A DNA stretch of 64,000 nucleotides from NCBI GenBank assembly GCA_041669265.1, contig JBAYBM010000003.1, positions 14,103 through 78,102 on the forward strand, written 5' to 3'. The translations under genes were made by a program, and so were the position numbers. Positions 1 to 9,990 of the stretch are shown piece by piece. Numbering within the stretch: position 1 is the stretch's first letter; every line of letters begins with the position of its first letter. This stretch comes from Bacilli bacterium. GTDB lineage: Bacteria; Bacillota_I; Bacilli_A; RFN20; CAG-826. The notes below the pieces were generated by a model that was not told the origin of the DNA, did not search any database, and was given only the letters and a program-made list of their open reading frames with translations.

Positions 1-589
1 TACTGTTCCAGCACTAATAATACAATTCTTTGAAGTCTCCAATCCTTTCATTATTATACATCTTGCACAAATCCAATTATGCTCACCAATTAATATTGGT
101 AATGTATTATTCTTTGTAGTTTCTATACCTTCTCTTAAATCAATAATAAAATGATGATCAGAATCCATAAACATAGTATCAAAACCTACAGTTGTATTGC
201 TTCCAAATGAAATACTCTTATGACATTCAATAGAAACATTTTGTGATAGATGTACATTTTTACCAAACTTCAACTCTGCACCACTATCAACAACAATAGA
301 GTCTCCTTCAGAAATAACAAAATGTTCATCAACTATAACCCCCCCCCAAATTGCAAATAACTGTTTTCATTTTTTTACCCAAATATTGTGGGTTTGTAGA
401 AAAACCAATGTGACTAAGATGGTGATGATTAATGTTATTAATTATAAAAGAACCTTTTAATTTTAATAACTTAACATTTCTAGCAATTAAAACCAATGGG
501 CGAAATAAAGTTTTTAATCCAAAATAATGAACATTAAACTTAATAGTTTTAAATAATGATATCTTTAATAATAATTTGAATCTTTTCAT
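1..589 (-). CDS. Hexapeptide-repeat (LbH) sugar O-acetyltransferase. The N-terminal reading frame (ATG at 587-589 overlapping the upstream TGA; internal Met at 368-370, MKTVICNLGGG) is out of frame with the LbH body (VIVDEHFVISEGDSIVVDSGAELKFGKNVHL...IGEHNWICARCIIMKGLETSKNCIISAGTV) because of a G9 tract. Partial at the window start; phase-variable or pseudogene
   Basis: Translating the minus strand of 1-340 in the frame after the poly-G gives typical left-handed beta-helix acetyltransferase sequence. The ORF-track 86-aa ORF 329..589 ends GGGYS* directly after the G9 run. The ATGA overlap with the upstream GT gene suggests co-translation from 589. Confidence 0.5.
339..347. repeat. Homopolymeric C9 tract (G9 on the coding strand) inside the 5' coding region of the acetyltransferase; the only C/G homopolymer longer than 5 in the window
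   Basis: Read directly: aactataaccccccccccaaattgc at 331-353. Removing one G (8 G) would fuse MKTVICNLGG to VIVDEHF... in frame. Confidence 0.9.
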
Positions 590-1776
590 AAAAATATCTC
601 CATATAAATTGATATCAACTTAGTCTCATTTGAAGTGTTGCTTTCAAAAACAAAATCATGTATTGAATCTATACTCTTTAAATACTTTAAAAGTTCGCTA
701 ATAGATGATGCTTTATATACAAATCCATTAAGGCCATCAACTATATGTTCTTTAGCAGCACAACAATCAGACACTATACAAGGAATATGAGAACTTAACA
801 TTTCAGGAACTGTTAACGGAGAAACCTCATACCATATTGATGGAAATACAAGAGCTTTTACTTTTGGTAAAATTTCTTCTATTTGATCTTTTTCTAACCA
901 CCCTAAAAACTCAATATTAGGATATTTCTTTTCTAATTCCTGTCTTTGTTCTCCATCTCCAATTACTATACCTTTATAACGACCTAATGTTATTGCTTCA
1001 CAAAAATCTACTACCCCTTTTTCTTTAGTTATTCTACCCATATACAAAAAATATTCTTTATTACTAATACCATTAGATATATATTTAAATTTATCTATTT
1101 CATTAGGATAATAATAATAATTGGCATTTGGATAATATTTTGATATAACATCCTTACTAAGTTTAGATAAATAAATAAAGTTTTCATTATCTTTTAAGTA
1201 TTTTTTTAACCTATTAGTTCTTATTACACGCCATACTTTTTGTAGATAATTTCTTTTATCACAATTACAGAATTTACATTTAACACTTAAAGCTTTATAT
1301 TTACAAATTTCATATTTCTTATAATTTAAGAACCCACCATTAGGACAACATGTAAAATAATCATGTAAAGTAATAACACGTTTAAAACCTAATTCATTAA
1401 TGGCTTTAAATATAGAACAAGATAAAGAATGGCTCCATCCTTGAATATGAATCATTGTATCTTTATTTGAAAAATCCTTTAAAAATAACTTAAGATTTTT
1501 ATAAACTTTTTTATTAAAAATTCCTGAAAAGAATGTATCTATCATTGTTCTATGATTTATATCATTAAGATTTAAACATTTAATATTTACTTTGGATTTA
1601 ATAAGTTCTTCACATATAGGACCACTACCACAATAATAAAAAACATTCAAATTATCTATTTTAGATAAACTAATAGCATTATTAATAGCAACTTTAGCAG
1701 CTCCGCCATTAATATAACCATAATCATAGATAATTATTATATTTTTTATATTATTCATAAAATTATTTGTCTCCAA
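586..1776 (-). CDS. Glycosyltransferase family 4 (GT-B fold)
   Basis: 396 aa; C-terminal E-x7-E region YEVSPLTVPEMLSSHIPCIVSD; the GRITKEKG...VIGDGEQRQELEKK pattern is typical of GT4 retaining transferases. Confidence 0.8.
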   Translation of the reverse strand: METNNFMNNIKNIIIIYDYGYINGGAAKVAINNAISLSKIDNLNVFYYCGSGPICEELIKSKVNIKCLNLNDINHRTMIDTFFSGIFNKKVYKNLKLFLKDFSNKDTMIHIQGWSHSLSCSIFKAINELGFKRVITLHDYFTCCPNGGFLNYKKYEICKYKALSVKCKFCNCDKRNYLQKVWRVIRTNRLKKYLKDNENFIYLSKLSKDVISKYYPNANYYYYPNEIDKFKYISNGISNKEYFLYMGRITKEKGVVDFCEAITLGRYKGIVIGDGEQRQELEKKYPNIEFLGWLEKDQIEEILPKVKALVFPSIWYEVSPLTVPEMLSSHIPCIVSDCCAAKEHIVDGLNGFVYKASSISELLKYLKSIDSIHDFVFESNTSNETKLISIYMEIFL

Positions 1777-2953
1777 CTACATTCATTTTGTTATAAATAC
1801 TTATAACATTTTCATTAAATTCCTTTTCAGAAAAAAGTTTTTCACTTCTTTCTTTAGCACCCTTTGATAATTTATTATATAACTCTTCATCATTTACTAA
1901 TTTCATTATATATTCACCATATTGTTTACTGTTTTTATTTTGTGCTTCTAATCCTGTTTCATTATTAATTGATACCCAATTAACTCCAGATCCTAAAATA
2001 GTAAATGTTACGGTAGGTTTTGCAAAATACATAGCTTCTGCTAAAGATATACCAAATGCTTCATTTCTTGTAATTGAAGGGAAAGTAAAAATATCACATG
2101 CTAATAAATATGAATTAATATCATCTTCACTTAATTTACCTACAAAATAAATATTATTATATTTACTAGCTTGTTTTTTAAGTTCATCTGTTAATGGACC
2201 ACTTCCACCAATAATAATATCTACTTTATCTCTATCAATATATTCATTAGATTCAATTAAATATTTAAGTCCTTTATATTCAACATGTCTTCCAAAGAAG
2301 AAACATATTTTTTTATTTTTATGTTCTTCTTTTATTTCGTTAGATTTCTTTATAATGTCTTCAGTCAATATAGTTCTTTCTTTACCAATACAAGAAGGTA
2401 ATATTTCTATATTTCCTTTATAGTATGGTAAATAATCAGTATCTTTTAAATAAGAAGGAGAAGTAGCAATAACTATATCTGCTCTATTTAACAAATCTTT
2501 ATTTTGTTTAACAAATAATTGTTTTAGTAACTTTTGTTTAATTATATCAGCATGCCAATGTAATATAAATTTTCCCTTATAATGTAATTTCTTTAAATAT
2601 TTTAAAACATAATTTGCTGCATATGGATCAGGATAATGAAAATGAATAATATCAGGATTAAAATCTACTAATATCTTCTTTAAAATCTTCCCATAATTCT
2701 TTGCTAAAGGTTGAGAAGCAACTATTTTTTGTACACCTACTCTATAAACAGTAACTCCATCAATAATTTCTTTTACATCCTTTTTAGTAGAATTAAAAGC
2801 TATTACTTCTACATCATATTTATTAGTAGATTCTAAAAAAGATGAAATATCACAACATGTAGTTTCTATTCCACCAATATAAGGGGGATATCTTTTAGAT
2901 ATTTGTAATACTTTAATCTTGTTACCCATAAAACTAAAAGAACCTTTCTTCAA
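1763..2953 (-). CDS. Glycosyltransferase family 4
   Basis: 396 aa; N-terminal KRYPPYIGGIETTCCDIS, then GRHVEYKG...IIGGSGPLTDELKK and FPSITRNEAFGISLAEAM (E-x7-E); 14-nt overlap with the downstream GT. Confidence 0.8.
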   Translation of the reverse strand: MKKGSFSFMGNKIKVLQISKRYPPYIGGIETTCCDISSFLESTNKYDVEVIAFNSTKKDVKEIIDGVTVYRVGVQKIVASQPLAKNYGKILKKILVDFNPDIIHFHYPDPYAANYVLKYLKKLHYKGKFILHWHADIIKQKLLKQLFVKQNKDLLNRADIVIATSPSYLKDTDYLPYYKGNIEILPSCIGKERTILTEDIIKKSNEIKEEHKNKKICFFFGRHVEYKGLKYLIESNEYIDRDKVDIIIGGSGPLTDELKKQASKYNNIYFVGKLSEDDINSYLLACDIFTFPSITRNEAFGISLAEAMYFAKPTVTFTILGSGVNWVSINNETGLEAQNKNSKQYGEYIMKLVNDEELYNKLSKGAKERSEKLFSEKEFNENVISIYNKMNVVGDK

Positions 2954-3584
2954 GCATTAAACATAAACAATGATATATTGGTAAATGATATTCTTGTACT
3001 ATAAAAGTTTCACTACTAGGAGCTTTAATAGTAATATCAGAAAGAGCAGATAATTTACTATCCTTTTCTCCAGTTAAACCTATTACTTTCATTCCTTTAG
3101 CTTTTGCTACTATTGCAGCATTAATAATATTTTTAGAATTTCCTGAAGTTGAAATTCCTAAAAATACATCACTCTTATTACCTAATATACTTAATTGTTG
3201 AGCAAAAGTATATAATCCACCATCTTTAACATCATTAATAAAAGCAGTATTTAATCCTTGATGTGAATCTAACGCTATAACAGGGAATCCTTTTTGTAAT
3301 TTGGTAGCTATTTCACTACCTAATTCCTTATTAGTTTTAATTAAATCTTCTTCAAATTCCTTATCAATAGGTCTTCTTTTTTTAAAGCCTTTCATTAATT
3401 CACCTACTATATGTTCACTATCACTACAAGATCCACCATTACCAGCTATTAATAATTTATTACCATTAGTAAAACAATCTACTAATATAGTAAATGCTTT
3501 ATTAATATCATCTTTACAACACTTTAAAGCAGGATATCTTTTTATAAGAGTTTCTACATTATATATAAAGTTTTCATCTTCCAT
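2934..3584 (-). CDS. gmhA: D-sedoheptulose-7-phosphate isomerase (SIS domain)
   Basis: 216 aa; LLIAGNGGSCSDSEHIVGELMKGF and GISTSGNSKNIINA SIS motifs. Confidence 0.8.
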   Translation of the reverse strand: MEDENFIYNVETLIKRYPALKCCKDDINKAFTILVDCFTNGNKLLIAGNGGSCSDSEHIVGELMKGFKKRRPIDKEFEEDLIKTNKELGSEIATKLQKGFPVIALDSHQGLNTAFINDVKDGGLYTFAQQLSILGNKSDVFLGISTSGNSKNIINAAIVAKAKGMKVIGLTGEKDSKLSALSDITIKAPSSETFIVQEYHLPIYHCLCLMLEERFF

Positions 3585-3585
3585 A

Positions 3586-4896
3586 TTAGTTATCTCCTTT
3601 TAGTATTATATCTACTGCTTCATTTAAATCTTTAGCATAATAAGTAGGTTTATTTTTACAATCTTTTTTATCACCTAAAAATATTGTATTACATCCACCA
3701 TTAATTCCACATAAAATATCATTATTACCATCTCCAATAAACCAAGATTTCTTTAAATCAATATTAAAATCATTTTGAGCTTTTATTAACATTCCAATTT
3801 TAGGTTTTCGACATTCACAATCAATTTTAAGTTCAGGTATTTCTCCTTTAAATCCTTTATCAGGATGATGTGGACAATAATATATTTTATCTAAATATGC
3901 TCCACTATTTCCAAGTAAAGTTTCCATTTTGTTATGGATATTTTTAAGTTCAGTAAAACTTACTTCACCTCGAGCTACTACTGGTTGATTAGTTACTACT
4001 ATTGCTAAATATCTACTTCTATTAATCTTCGAGATAGCTTCACTTACTCCATCAATTAAATTAAAATCATCTATATTAGTTAAGAAACCTACATATTTAT
4101 TAATAGTACCATCTCTATCTAAGAAGATAGCTCTTTGTTTATTTCTCAAACTCTTATCTTTTACTATTCCATTACTAAAATCATTAGAAACACTATTATA
4201 TCTTTCTGGAGTACCCATATCTTTAATGTATTCAGAAGATTGATAAGCATACATTTTATCCGTGTTTGCTAATGGTTTTAAAATATCTTTATCTAAATCT
4301 ACTATTGGGTTAGTAGTATTAATATTATCTAATACTAATGGAGATACTATATGTAATCCAGCATTCACTTTATTTTGATACCATGTAGGATGTATATCAT
4401 TTTTACCAATCCAAGATAATACTTCATCATCATTATTAGTAATTATGATACTGCTATCAAATGGATGAGAATTAGGATGAGTAAATAAGGTTACTAATCC
4501 TTTCTTTTCTTGATGAAATTTTACAAACTTATTTAAATCTACATCAAATATAGAATCAGCATTAATTAGTAAGAAATCTTCTTTTAATTGATCTTTAATT
4601 TTAAATAATGCTCCAGCATTACCTAATGGTTCATTTTCTTCATAGTAAGATATATGAACTCCAAAAGGTTTATTAGTAATTGGAGATACTTTACTGCCAT
4701 CTCCAAAATAATTAATTATAATATCTTTTAAATAGTTAACAGTAATAATAAGGTCAACAAAACCTTGTTCTTTTAAACAATATATTTCTCTTTCTAAAAC
4801 AGGCATACCATCAATTTGTATCATTGGTTTTGGTATATCTTTATTTATAGAAGAGATTCTAGTTCCTTTTCCTCCAGCCATTATTACTGTAATCAT
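3586..4896 (-). CDS. Bifunctional D-glycero-alpha-D-manno-heptose-1-phosphate guanylyltransferase (HddC-like nucleotidyltransferase) fused to a D,D-heptose-1,7-bisphosphate phosphatase (GmhB-like HAD)
   Basis: N-terminus MITVIMAGGKGTRISS is a sugar-phosphate nucleotidyltransferase. C-terminus AIFLDRDGTINKY...VVTNQP...YYCPHHPDKG...CECRKPKIGM...GDGNNDI is a GmhB/HisB-type HAD phosphatase with a Zn-binding Cys/His cluster. Confidence 0.7.
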   Translation of the reverse strand: MITVIMAGGKGTRISSINKDIPKPMIQIDGMPVLEREIYCLKEQGFVDLIITVNYLKDIIINYFGDGSKVSPITNKPFGVHISYYEENEPLGNAGALFKIKDQLKEDFLLINADSIFDVDLNKFVKFHQEKKGLVTLFTHPNSHPFDSSIIITNNDDEVLSWIGKNDIHPTWYQNKVNAGLHIVSPLVLDNINTTNPIVDLDKDILKPLANTDKMYAYQSSEYIKDMGTPERYNSVSNDFSNGIVKDKSLRNKQRAIFLDRDGTINKYVGFLTNIDDFNLIDGVSEAISKINRSRYLAIVVTNQPVVARGEVSFTELKNIHNKMETLLGNSGAYLDKIYYCPHHPDKGFKGEIPELKIDCECRKPKIGMLIKAQNDFNIDLKKSWFIGDGNNDILCGINGGCNTIFLGDKKDCKNKPTYYAKDLNEAVDIILKGDN

Positions 4897-4903
4897 ATTT
4901 ATA

Positions 4904-5917
4904 TTAACCTTCTACACTTGAATCGTAATCAAAGTTCTCTGGAGTATAATAAATAACTCTTGTTCCACTTCTTTCAAATTTAAAAGGAACTTCCATTAAA
5001 TTACTTAAAGCCTTTCTTACATTATCTTGCTTATCTTTAGTTACATAAAATAAGAGGAATCCACCTCCACCAGCCCCAAGAAGTTTTCCTCCTAAGGCAC
5101 CTGCTTTAATAGCTTTAGTATATAAACTATCAATTGAATCAGTAGTAATTTCACTACCTGTTTGACGTTTTAATTTCCATGTTTCATCAAGTAATCTACC
5201 AAAATCATCTAAATCAATTGTTTTATCTTCTAATACTAATTGAGCTTTATCTACTAACTCTAACATCTTATCTAATTCTTTTTTCTTTTCTTCTAATGTT
5301 GATTCAGTTGATTTTTGTATTTCAGCTGAAAATCTAGTAAATCCTGTAAAGAATAACATTAAATTATCATTTAATTGATTCTTTCTTTCAGGAGAAATAA
5401 TAATAGGATTAACATGATATCCATTGGCATCAAAATCAATTCTATTTAATCCACCAAAAGAAGCAGCTATTTGATCTTGCCATCCTCCAGCTTCATTACA
5501 TAATGTTCTTTCTAAATATATTGCATCATTTGCTAATTGTTTTTTAGATGCATATTTACCTTTTAAACAATAAAAAGCATTTAATAAACCTACAGCAAAA
5601 GTAGAAGATGTACCTAAACCTGTTCTCGCAGGTAAATCTGCATCATAAGAAATATGTAATTCTTTCATATCTAACATCTTCATAGCGTTTCTAACCATTG
5701 GATGTTCTATTTGATCTACAGCACTAACTCTTTCCATCTTAGAATATGTAATTTCAGTAGTATAATTAAAAAACCTTGGTAAATGTCTCACAGTAACATA
5801 AACATATTTATCAAATGTAGTAGAGATAACAGCACCTCTACCTTGTTTAAAATATAATGGTAAATCAGTACCACCACCAAAGAAACTCATTCTAAAAGGT
5901 GTTTTTGTAATAATCAT
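4904..5917 (-). CDS. hddA: D-glycero-alpha-D-manno-heptose 7-phosphate kinase (GHMP kinase)
   Basis: 337 aa; MIITKTPFRMSFFGGGTDLPLYF plus the GHMP motif PARTGLGTSSTFAVGLLNA. Confidence 0.75.
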   Translation of the reverse strand: MIITKTPFRMSFFGGGTDLPLYFKQGRGAVISTTFDKYVYVTVRHLPRFFNYTTEITYSKMERVSAVDQIEHPMVRNAMKMLDMKELHISYDADLPARTGLGTSSTFAVGLLNAFYCLKGKYASKKQLANDAIYLERTLCNEAGGWQDQIAASFGGLNRIDFDANGYHVNPIIISPERKNQLNDNLMLFFTGFTRFSAEIQKSTESTLEEKKKELDKMLELVDKAQLVLEDKTIDLDDFGRLLDETWKLKRQTGSEITTDSIDSLYTKAIKAGALGGKLLGAGGGGFLLFYVTKDKQDNVRKALSNLMEVPFKFERSGTRVIYYTPENFDYDSSVEG

Positions 5918-5919
5918 AT

Positions 5920-6789
5920 CTATTCCCCACTTCTATCGGTTAATACAAACCAAAAACCTTTAAATATAATCTTTAAATCTAAACCTACTGATCTAGTTTC
6001 AATATATTTAAGATCTAAATCAATCCACTCCTCAAATGTAAGTTTATTTCTATGAGGAGTAATTTGCCATAAACAAAGTAATCCTCCCTTTACATCAAGA
6101 CGATGTAATTCTTTAGGATTATAATCTTTTACTTCACTAGCTAAAGGTGGACGAGGACCTACTACAGACATATTACCAACGAATATATCCCATATTTGAG
6201 GTAGTTCATCTAAAGATGTTTTTCTTAAGAATTTTCCAAATTTAGTAATACGAGGATCATCTTTAAGTTTAAATGCAGGTGCATCTGCTTCATTAATACC
6301 ATATTTTAATAAGGTAGCTTTCATAGCTTCTGCTCCAGGACACATACTTCTTATTTTATGAAATACAAAGGTTTTACCATTCTTACCTACTCTTATACTT
6401 CTATAGATAGCACCTTTAACAGTTTTATCTTTAATACCATCTTTATCTTTACTAACTTTACAATTATATCTTTTACCATTCTTAGAAAGATATTTACCAT
6501 TACTATCTTCTACTATATCTAATTTATATGATTTAGAACCTATATCTTCTAAATATTTAATTAGCATTAAAATTAATATTAACCACCAAACAAGTAATAT
6601 TACTAAAAAAGAAGAAACTATATCAAATAGTCTCTTAAAGAATGCATAACATCTACCACCTTTAATTACTATATTTTCGTTATTTGTACTGTTAGAAAGA
6701 TTGTTACTAGTAGTATTCTTACTACTATCAGTATCACTATCTTCCTTTACAGTATTCATAACAAACATTCCTTCACTTTCTACTTTCAT
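5920..6789 (-). CDS. Initiating phosphoglycosyltransferase (bacterial sugar transferase domain, small monotopic PGT type with a ~50-aa insertion)
   Basis: RLFDIVSSFLVILLVWWLILI TM helix; GKNGKTFVFHKIRSM...KDDPRITKFGKFLRKTSLDELPQIWDIFVGNMSVVGPRP is the WbaP/PglC catalytic core. Confidence 0.75.
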   Translation of the reverse strand: MKVESEGMFVMNTVKEDSDTDSSKNTTSNNLSNSTNNENIVIKGGRCYAFFKRLFDIVSSFLVILLVWWLILILMLIKYLEDIGSKSYKLDIVEDSNGKYLSKNGKRYNCKVSKDKDGIKDKTVKGAIYRSIRVGKNGKTFVFHKIRSMCPGAEAMKATLLKYGINEADAPAFKLKDDPRITKFGKFLRKTSLDELPQIWDIFVGNMSVVGPRPPLASEVKDYNPKELHRLDVKGGLLCLWQITPHRNKLTFEEWIDLDLKYIETRSVGLDLKIIFKGFWFVLTDRSGE

Positions 6790-6818
6790 ATTTAGCCCCT
6801 CTTTCTAAATTGAAATTA

Positions 6819-7484
6819 CTATTTTATTTTAAAATTAAATAATTCATCATCTTTAAACATCTTACTAGCTTCTAACATAGTAGAACTTCTAAAACTATGT
6901 ATATCACTACTTACTACATCAATTAATTTTAATTTATGTAGTTTCTTTACTAGTCGTTTTTGTTTAAATCCATCCTTACCTACAATAGTAGAACTATTAA
7001 CTTGTATTAATGCTCCTATTGATTTTAAAGAAGTAATTAAATCAATATCCATCCATGTATAACGTTCAACATGAGCAATAATAGGTAGATAGTTATTATC
7101 AAGGAAACTATAAATTACTTCTTTAACATCTTCTATAGGTTCATGATAATTAAACTCTATTAAAACATATTTTGAGTTATTAAGTGTAAGTAATTTTCCT
7201 TCTTTTAATAGAGAAATAATATCTAATTCATTGGTATAATATATCTCTTCTCCTAAAGATAGTTTTATATTAAGTTTTAATCTATTTACTTCATTAAGTA
7301 AGAGATTATAATTTGTTAATATTTCTTCTTTAGTAGGTGTAAATTGTCTATATCTATAATGTGGTGTAAGTATTATAGTATCTACTCCATTAACAATCTC
7401 TTCTTTAATCATATTAATAGAAGTAGTTAGAGAATTAGATCCATCATCAATATTAGGAATAATATGAGTATGGATATCAATCAT
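6819..7484 (-). CDS. cpsB: PHP-family manganese-dependent protein-tyrosine phosphatase (CpsB/YwqE type)
   Basis: MIDIHTHIIPNIDDGS N-terminus; 221 aa. Confidence 0.8.
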   Translation of the reverse strand: MIDIHTHIIPNIDDGSNSLTTSINMIKEEIVNGVDTIILTPHYRYRQFTPTKEEILTNYNLLLNEVNRLKLNIKLSLGEEIYYTNELDIISLLKEGKLLTLNNSKYVLIEFNYHEPIEDVKEVIYSFLDNNYLPIIAHVERYTWMDIDLITSLKSIGALIQVNSSTIVGKDGFKQKRLVKKLHKLKLIDVVSSDIHSFRSSTMLEASKMFKDDELFNFKIK

Positions 7485-7485
7485 A

Positions 7486-8265
7486 TTACTTACTTACTTC
7501 CCTTGTAGTATTACTACTTTTTTTATTTTTAGGAGATTCATCATAATGTTTATAATAATGATCATATTGATAATAGTAAGAAGTATAATCACTATTCTTT
7601 CTAGTAACATTAGTAAATACTGCTCCTAAGACATTAACATGATTGTTCTTTAAATATTTAACAGCATCTATACTACTCTTACGATCACTGAATATTTGTG
7701 AAACTACAAATATACAACTATCACTAAATCTAGATACTATTAATGCATCACTTACTACGAGTATTGGTGGGCAATCAATAAAGATATAATCATATTTGTC
7801 TCTTAATACTTTCATTAAATCTTTTAATTTAGTAGAATTTAACATCTTTAATGGATATGGTACTTTACTACCACTATTAATAAAATCTATATTCTTATTT
7901 TTAGAATGTTTAATAAGAGTAGATAAAGGTAAATCATTACCTAAATAATCTGTTAATCCATCTTTATTAACTGCTTTAAAAGCATGATGTATTTCAGGTC
8001 TACGTAAATCCATATCTATTATTAATACTTTCTTATCATCTTCAGCAAAGGTAACTGCAATATTTAATAATGTTAATGTTTTACCTTCTCCTTGATTAGA
8101 AGAAGTAATTTGTATAACTTTATTAATATTATCTACACTTGAAAATTCAATACCTACTTTAATTCTTCTATAAGCTTCACTTATATGAGAAGAAGGATCA
8201 AGTAGCGTAATAACATCATGATTAGGATTAGCTTTTTCTTGTTGAATAGCTTTAGCTTTATTCAT
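7486..8265 (-). CDS. cpsD: BY-kinase, cytoplasmic tyrosine autokinase (CpsD/YwqD type) with a C-terminal Tyr cluster
   Basis: Walker A ITSSNQGEGKTLTLLNIA, Walker B VLIIDMDLRRP, C-terminal YTSYYYQYDHYY. Confidence 0.8.
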   Translation of the reverse strand: MNKAKAIQQEKANPNHDVITLLDPSSHISEAYRRIKVGIEFSSVDNINKVIQITSSNQGEGKTLTLLNIAVTFAEDDKKVLIIDMDLRRPEIHHAFKAVNKDGLTDYLGNDLPLSTLIKHSKNKNIDFINSGSKVPYPLKMLNSTKLKDLMKVLRDKYDYIFIDCPPILVVSDALIVSRFSDSCIFVVSQIFSDRKSSIDAVKYLKNNHVNVLGAVFTNVTRKNSDYTSYYYQYDHYYKHYDESPKNKKSSNTTREVSK

Positions 8266-8267
8266 AA

Positions 8268-9125
8268 TTATTTGTTCTCCTTTTTATTTTTAGTATCAAT
8301 ATCATAGAAAGGAATAACTCCAAGTACTGAAATACCTAAAGCTTTTTCTACTTCATCACTAGATTTAAATTTAGTATTAGTAGCTTCTCTAATACAGGTA
8401 TAAATAATAGCAAGTACTACTCCTATTGCTAAACCAATACCAATATTACGTAAAGTATGAGATACTTCTACTCCTACTTTAGCATCACTTAATATTGCTA
8501 TATTATCATATAGTAATTTATATTTAGGAGAATCATCTTCATTTTTTCGATTTGCAATTTCTACTGCTTTTTTAGCTACTAAATTAGCAACAAATTTAGT
8601 TTCATTTTTATCGGTCGAAGTATAAGATACACTAACTACTAGGGTAGCATCTACTAGGGATACTCCTAAATTTTTACTTAATTCTTTTTCATCTATTTCA
8701 TAATTAGAATCTTTATCTATTAAAGATAATACTTCATCTAAAACTACATCTTGTTTTATAAAAGCAACATAGGTTTTAGAAATATAAGAAGAATATTGAT
8801 AATCACTTACTGTAGAAGAATCTCCTGTACTTGTAGATGATTCAGGAGAAACAATTAATGTCGCATCAGAAGAATAAGTATTTGGTTCTACTAAATTATA
8901 AATTTCTCCTCCTACTCCACCTACTATTATAAATAATAAAATAGCTAATAAATGTTTCCTTAAAATAAAAAGAATGTCTTTAAAACTTAGACCTTCTTTT
9001 TCATTATCATCATCACTATTATTGTGGGTAGTTAAAATATCTGTATCACTAGATACAGGTTTATTTACTTCGTTTAAGTTATCCTTTTTGTTCTTTGTAT
9101 TCATATTAACCCCTTTTGTATTCAA
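8268..9125 (-). CDS. cpsC: Polysaccharide co-polymerase / chain-length regulator (CpsC/YwqC/Wzz type); two TM helices
   Basis: N-terminal TM LLAILLFIIVGGVGG, C-terminal TM IGIGLAIGVVLAIIY; partners the downstream kinase. Confidence 0.75.
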   Translation of the reverse strand: MNTKGVNMNTKNKKDNLNEVNKPVSSDTDILTTHNNSDDDNEKEGLSFKDILFILRKHLLAILLFIIVGGVGGEIYNLVEPNTYSSDATLIVSPESSTSTGDSSTVSDYQYSSYISKTYVAFIKQDVVLDEVLSLIDKDSNYEIDEKELSKNLGVSLVDATLVVSVSYTSTDKNETKFVANLVAKKAVEIANRKNEDDSPKYKLLYDNIAILSDAKVGVEVSHTLRNIGIGLAIGVVLAIIYTCIREATNTKFKSSDEVEKALGISVLGVIPFYDIDTKNKKENK

Positions 9126-9216
9126 TTAATTTTACCTTTATTAATTATATATTACAACCATAAAAATTAACTAATAAAGTTGATGTCTTAATATTTTACT
9201 TAAAATTTTAAAAAAG

Positions 9217-9990
9217 TTATTTTTTGTCTCCATAATAACGTTTCTTATAAGAATAATAGTTATAATCATGAGAATAATTACTATTTTTCTTAGTAACATT
9301 AGTAAAGACTACTCCTAAGATAGGAACATCATTATCTTTTAAATATTTCATTGCTAATATAGCATCATTCTTATTACAAAACATTTGGGATACTATAAAT
9401 AATGCTGCATCAGCATAAGTAGCAATAATTAAAGCATCACTAACTGCTAATATTGGTGGACAATCAAGTAAAATATAATCATATTGATCTCTAAATGAAT
9501 CTATTAATTTTTTAATAGATGGATCATCAAGTACTGTTAAAGGATAAGGTACTTTACTACCTCTAACAATATAATCTATATATGGAGATGAAGAATGTTT
9601 TACTAATTTAGATAATGGTATATCACCTACTAAATAATCATCTAATCCATTCTCATTTTTACTTTTAAAAGCATGATGGATTTTAGGTCTACGTAAATCC
9701 ATATCTATTATTAATACTTTCTTCTTATCTTCAATAAATGTAGCAGCTAAATTAAGTAGAGTAATAGTTTTACCATCATTTTGATTTGGTGAAGTAACCT
9801 CTATTACTTGTACTTTACGGTTTATGCTAGAAAATTTAATCCCAACCTTAATACGTCTATAACATTCACTAATACTTCCATTAGGATTTTGTAAGGTAAT
9901 AATGTTATAGTCTTTATTTTTATGCTCTCTTTTTAAAATGCTTTTTCTATTCATCGACTTTACCCCCAACATCCTCATCTTTAACATCAT
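9217..9990 (-). CDS. Second BY-kinase paralog (CpsD type); the real start is probably internal (MNRKSILK...)
   Basis: Walker A VTSPNQNDGKTITLLNLA, VLIIDMDLRRP, C-terminal YSHDYNYYSYKKRYY; clear paralog of 7486..8265. Confidence 0.75.
   Translation of the reverse strand: MMLKMRMLGVKSMNRKSILKREHKNKDYNIITLQNPNGSISECYRRIKVGIKFSSINRKVQVIEVTSPNQNDGKTITLLNLAATFIEDKKKVLIIDMDLRRPKIHHAFKSKNENGLDDYLVGDIPLSKLVKHSSSPYIDYIVRGSKVPYPLTVLDDPSIKKLIDSFRDQYDYILLDCPPILAVSDALIIATYADAALFIVSQMFCNKNDAILAMKYLKDNDVPILGVVFTNVTKKNSNYSHDYNYYSYKKRYYGDKK

Noticed and set aside
329-589. ORF-track 86-aa ORF as an independent small protein gene
   Set aside because: Its C-terminal part (MKTVICNLGGG) is the natural N-terminus of the downstream out-of-frame LbH acetyltransferase. 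Its ATG overlaps the upstream gene's TGA (ATGA). It is best explained as the 5' end of a frameshifted acetyltransferase, not a separate gene.
3301-3603. Plus-strand 100-aa ORF, and the similar antisense ORFs at 9938..10186, 15024..15248, 15914..16126, 16518..16700, 17012..17245, 17817..18011, 21967..22194, 24679..24894, 26609..26923, 30287..30469, 31636..32067, 32244..32438, 32459..32743, 33697..33951, 34767..35057, 36617..36889, 37783..38133, 38394..38657, 39482..39763, 40246..40431, 40726..40914, 43417..43629, 45837..46025, 50073..50255, 54429..54614, 56932..57147, 61992..62201 and 14704..14925
   Set aside because: Each lies entirely inside or antisense to a well-supported conserved gene. 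They have low-complexity, hydrophobic or repeat-derived composition and lack SD sequences. They are shadow ORFs.
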